DNA of 64,000 nucleotides from an uncultured Burkholderiales bacterium (GTDB lineage Bacteria; Vulcanimicrobiota; Xenobia; Xenobiales; JADMJV01): NCBI GenBank assembly GCA_964649085.1, contig CAZYPN010000002.1, positions 158,991 to 222,990 of the forward strand, read 5' to 3'. Shown piece by piece: positions 61,115 to 64,000 of this stretch (position 1 is its first letter; each line of letters starts with the position of its first letter). The notes under the pieces were generated by a model. It saw only the letters and a program-made list of their open reading frames with translations, ran no database searches and was not told where the DNA came from. The position numbers and the translations under genes were made by a program.

Positions 61115-62396
61115 GGTTAAAGCGGCGATAACAGGGCAATTCGTGCCCGCTTGAACGGCAATACAGCCAGATTTCTTTGCCATCGGCTTTCAGCCAGTAG
61201 CCATAGGCCCCGCCATAAGGGCAAGCAAACTCGGCGGGTCGTTTCCAGCGCGACCCGTCGGCAGGAAATCCGGCCCTTGCCAAAGGCTTTTCGGCCAGTT
61301 GCTGCATATGCTCCAAACAGCGCTCTTGCTGCTCTCGAAGGTGCTCATCGCGCCGCCATTCCAACTCGGAAAAGCCCGAATACAGTGCCCACAGCAGCAA
61401 GCCCGTGCCCTGTCCCCGACCCTGGTAGGTCCAACTCTGGCCAGAACGCTTCCAGCGATGGGAATACTCGACCTGAGACAGAGCCGACAACATGCCCCTC
61501 AGGGCGGGGTCCTGACTGGCCTGCAATCGCCGAGCCGCCCAGGTTGATCCACGAAAGCTACCTGGCGCCTCTGGCCGGGCGGTGAGCAACGGCCCCTTGG
61601 GAAACCGCCCCCAGGCCGTGCCGTGTCGACACTTGCGAAATTCCCGCTGGCGGGCATCAAATTCATAGGGCCGAGCGTTCAGCGGGCAGGCCGGAAGTCG
61701 CGACCACATCCAGGGAACCAGCGGGGCCACCGAGAGGATGGGCTGGTCGCTAAACTGCTCCCAGGCCCCCAGGGCAGCCTGGGCCTTACTCCAGCGAAAG
61801 TAGCAACAGTTGGGGCTCTCGGCTACATCGGGGTGGGTAACAACGCCTGCCCAGGCTGGCCACCGAGGGTCAGGCTTGAGCAGCGAAGCCGTGCCTTCCA
61901 AAGTGAACTCCTGCCCTTGAAATCGTAAGAGAACATCACCCGTAACCGGTTCTTTCAGCAGTAGCCGCACGGCCTGCTCGGGAATCTTGGGGGCAGCCTC
62001 AGCCGACCCGAAAGTCCCTCCCAAGATCAGGAAACCCTGTTGCCAGCTGCATTCCACCTGCCCCAGTCCCAAAGCAGACAGCAAGTGGCGGGCCGCAGTT
62101 TGCCCCGGTTCAGGCCTGGAACAGGCCAGGGCCAGCCACCAGCGCCGAGGAGATTCCGACAGCAGCGCCAGCGCCCCGCGGGGTTCGGCGGCCTCCAACA
62201 GGGGCTCCACTTCCTGCCAGAGTGGAGACCGTGAAAAGGCGCGTTCGACGGCCTGCCAGGGTTGACCACGCAGGTCAAAGAGCAACACCGCCCGGGCCCC
62301 GCGGGGAATGCGCAGAGCTTCCCTGGAGGGCTTGTGAGGGGCGGCGCACCCCAGCAACAGAAGGGCCAGGACCAACAGGGCCTGGCCCGCTCTCAA
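61101..62396 (-). CDS. Hypothetical lipoprotein
   Basis: Start assigned to TTG 62396 (TTGA overlap with upstream gene stop), giving 'LRAGQALLVLALLLLGCAAPHK' lipoprotein signal. Remainder has no recognised family. Confidence 0.4.
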   Translation of the reverse strand: MRAGQALLVLALLLLGCAAPHKPSREALRIPRGARAVLLFDLRGQPWQAVERAFSRSPLWQEVEPLLEAAEPRGALALLSESPRRWWLALACSRPEPGQTAARHLLSALGLGQVECSWQQGFLILGGTFGSAEAAPKIPEQAVRLLLKEPVTGDVLLRFQGQEFTLEGTASLLKPDPRWPAWAGVVTHPDVAESPNCCYFRWSKAQAALGAWEQFSDQPILSVAPLVPWMWSRLPACPLNARPYEFDARQREFRKCRHGTAWGRFPKGPLLTARPEAPGSFRGSTWAARRLQASQDPALRGMLSALSQVEYSHRWKRSGQSWTYQGRGQGTGLLLWALYSGFSELEWRRDEHLREQQERCLEHMQQLAEKPLARAGFPADGSRWKRPAEFACPYGGAYGYWLKADGKEIWLYCRSSGHELPCYRRFNLSEN

Positions 62397-64000
62397 GCGT
62401 TGACCTCGGCGCCCGCCGTGATCTGTTCGATGGCCTTCAGGGTTCGATCCAGATCTTCCAGGCGATGATCGTGGTTGATAAAGAAGCGCACTCGAGCGGC
62501 CTCTTCCTCTACGGCGGGATAGACGATGGGCTTGACCACAATGGAAAAGCGCTCGAGAGCCGCACACAGCTGAAAACAGGCCATACTGTTGCCCAAAATC
62601 AGAGGCACCACGGGCGTGGCCTGGCTGTTGCCCAGCGGCAGCCCCAGCTTGCGACACCCCTCCCAGAAGTGGCGCGAGAGCCGGCGCAGATGGTCAACCC
62701 TTTGAGGCTCTTCCCGCAGCACTTCCAGAGCCGTCAGGGCCGCGCCCGTTAGCGGCGGCGAAAGTCCCACGCTGTAAATGAAGCCAGGCAGGCTGTAGCG
62801 CAGATAGTCCACCAGCGCGCGGCAGCCCACCAGATAGCCTCCGCAGCTGCCCAGGGTTTTGGAAAGGGTTCCCATCAACACCTCGACCCTCTTGGGATCG
62901 ACGCCGAAATGCTCGCAGATGCCTCGTCCGGTGGCCCCCAACACGCCCAACGAGTGTGCTTCGTCGACCATCAGCATGCAACCATACTTTTCCTTGATGC
63001 GAACCAGTTCGGGCAGGGGCGCAATGTCGCCGTCCATGCTGTAAATGCCTTCGACCACGATGAGCACCCGGCGAAAACGATTGCGGATCTTGATCAGCAG
63101 ACGTTCCAATGCCACGGTGTCGTTGTGGGGGAAGGACAGACGCCGGGCCTGACTGGCCTGGGCCCCTTCCAGAATGCTGTTGTGGCTCAGCGAGTCGTGC
63201 AAAATCAGGTCGGGACCCTGCATCCAGAAGCTCAGCAGCGAAACGTTGGTGGCGTGTCCTCCCACCATCAACAGCCCGGCTTCGTGGCCCAGGAACTGGG
63301 CCAGCGATTGTTCCAGCTGGCCGTGCAGCCCGACCTCGCCACCCACCAGACGGGAAGCCCGCGCCGAGCAGCCGTGATCGAACAGGGCTTTCTGGGCCGA
63401 TTCGAGCACCCGCGGATGCCGTCCCAGGCCCACATAGTTGTAGTGGCAGAAATTGAGCACCTCGGGGGGAGAAACCTGGAAGTAGGGATTGCGATCGCTC
63501 AGTTGCCCCAGCGCCTGCTGATGGGCCACCACCTCGGGCAACTGATCGACCCGCTTCCAATCCTCCGGGATCGACTCCCAGCTGCGGGCCGGCAGGTGCT
63601 GCACCCAGCGCGACTGCAACCCTCGCATCCAGGCCACCAGACGTCCGTTCTGATAGAGCTGAATGTCGGCTCGAGGGCCCTCGTCGTTCACCCCAAGCGA
63701 GCGCACGCGGGCCTCCAACAGGCCCGTGGTGAACTGGCTGAGCAAGGTGACTTCCTCGATGCGCGAGGGCAGCGCCCCCCGCCCGTGAACGCGATGAATG
63801 CCCAGCAGGGCCAGCTGCAGGCAACCGTCGATGACCAGGGGGTCCAGATGCCACTGGCTGCGCGGATCGCCCGGAATCCAATCGCGAGGAATCGAGGTAC
63901 GCACGCGTCCTACGATACCCTGGGGCCCAACTCGCAAGACGGAATGGATGCCCTCCAGGCGGCTGCCGTGAAAGGTGACCTCGGAGTAGAAGCGGGCCAG
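62393..64000 (-). CDS. Alpha-oxoamine synthase family enzyme (8-amino-7-oxononanoate synthase/serine palmitoyltransferase-like), N-terminal region PKS-dehydratase-like; gene continues beyond window end
   Basis: PLP-enzyme blocks 'GLGRHPRVLESAQKALFDHG', 'HDSLSHNSILEG', 'VVEGIYSMDGDIAPL', 'VDEAHSLG', PLP-Lys 'LSKTLGSCGG'. N-terminal 'HLDPLVIDGCLQLALLG' resembles DH motif 'HPALLDAALQ'. Reading frame stays open to position 64000. Confidence 0.75.
   Translation of the reverse strand: MARFYSEVTFHGSRLEGIHSVLRVGPQGIVGRVRTSIPRDWIPGDPRSQWHLDPLVIDGCLQLALLGIHRVHGRGALPSRIEEVTLLSQFTTGLLEARVRSLGVNDEGPRADIQLYQNGRLVAWMRGLQSRWVQHLPARSWESIPEDWKRVDQLPEVVAHQQALGQLSDRNPYFQVSPPEVLNFCHYNYVGLGRHPRVLESAQKALFDHGCSARASRLVGGEVGLHGQLEQSLAQFLGHEAGLLMVGGHATNVSLLSFWMQGPDLILHDSLSHNSILEGAQASQARRLSFPHNDTVALERLLIKIRNRFRRVLIVVEGIYSMDGDIAPLPELVRIKEKYGCMLMVDEAHSLGVLGATGRGICEHFGVDPKRVEVLMGTLSKTLGSCGGYLVGCRALVDYLRYSLPGFIYSVGLSPPLTGAALTALEVLREEPQRVDHLRRLSRHFWEGCRKLGLPLGNSQATPVVPLILGNSMACFQLCAALERFSIVVKPIVYPAVEEEAARVRFFINHDHRLEDLDRTLKAIEQITAGAEVNA

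Noticed and set aside
62694-63881. 395-aa minus-strand ORF in an alternative frame of the AONS gene
   Set aside because: Arg/Gly/Pro/Ala-rich. The in-frame AONS translation carries PLP-enzyme signatures.
1-64000. rRNA, tRNA, CRISPR arrays, IS/transposase genes
   Set aside because: No 16S/23S-like conserved blocks, no regular short direct repeats with spacers, and no transposase motifs. Non-coding gaps are short (<250 bp) and none shows a cloverleaf-compatible pattern. Absence by eye is not proof, so a tRNAscan/Rfam run would settle it.

Overview
High-GC bacterial chromosomal segment, densely coded. Many adjacent genes overlap by 4 nt (ATGA/GTGA/TTGA), so they probably form tightly coupled operons. 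Lineage cannot be determined from sequence alone. The style (high GC, giant genes, CAG/CTG-rich codon usage) would fit Planctomycetota or Myxococcota, but that is a guess.

Contents in order:
- 1..1593: 3' part of flhA/sctV, then an overlapping membrane protein with a C39-like peptidase domain.
- 3261..5292: beta-carbonic-anhydrase-like gene and Thermus-type (496 aa) isocitrate dehydrogenase.
- 5374..11745, minus strand: pilus/T2SS-like operon. It runs GspF/PilC, two prepilin-type pseudopilins, a 415-aa membrane-anchored pilus-associated protein, PilM, GspE/PilB ATPase, and a winged-helix regulator.
- 11844..13012: CheY-like receiver and Hpt protein pair, transcribed divergently from the pilus operon.
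- 13021..14727: NodU/CmcH carbamoyltransferase.
- 14817..20906: 1916-aa TamB/AsmA-like giant envelope protein, then a YlxP/DUF503 gene.
- 20890..25308: envelope-related genes (ICMT-like methyltransferase, UDP-sugar dehydrogenase, polytopic membrane protein) and an FmdB zinc-ribbon gene.
- 25381..38109: a 12.7-kb ORF encoding a 4242-aa, almost entirely coiled-coil Q/E/L/R-rich protein built from diverged ~170-215-aa modules. Its stop overlaps (GTGA) the start of an HDAC/AcuC-family deacetylase gene. This is the most striking feature.
- 39243..46525: carbohydrate module (lactonase-like beta-propeller lipoprotein, secreted six-hairpin glycosidase-like protein, CUT1-type ABC transporter SBP plus two permeases).
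- 46524..47845: hexapeptide acyltransferase and PAP2 phosphatase.
- 47995..49491: rpsB-tsf with flanking hairpins.
- 49552..50180: VapBC toxin-antitoxin.
- 50219..50980: 3x internal-repeat protein.
- 51115..52562: HtrA-like protease coupled to a LuxR-type regulator.
- 52566..56280: coupled minus-strand operon of UPF0489-like/TPR protein, GNAT acetyltransferase, zinc-ribbon/coiled-coil protein.
- 56398..57174: Gly/Tyr/Cys- and poly-Met-rich low-complexity protein.
- 57335..60625: map, GT2 glycosyltransferase, M20 dipeptidase.
- 60659..62396: TerB-like protein and a lipoprotein.
- 62393..64000: alpha-oxoamine synthase (AONS/SPT family) with a PKS-dehydratase-like N-terminal region that runs off the window.

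No rRNA, tRNA, CRISPR or transposase genes were recognisable by eye. Many long antisense or off-frame ORFs in the track are GC/codon-periodicity artefacts.
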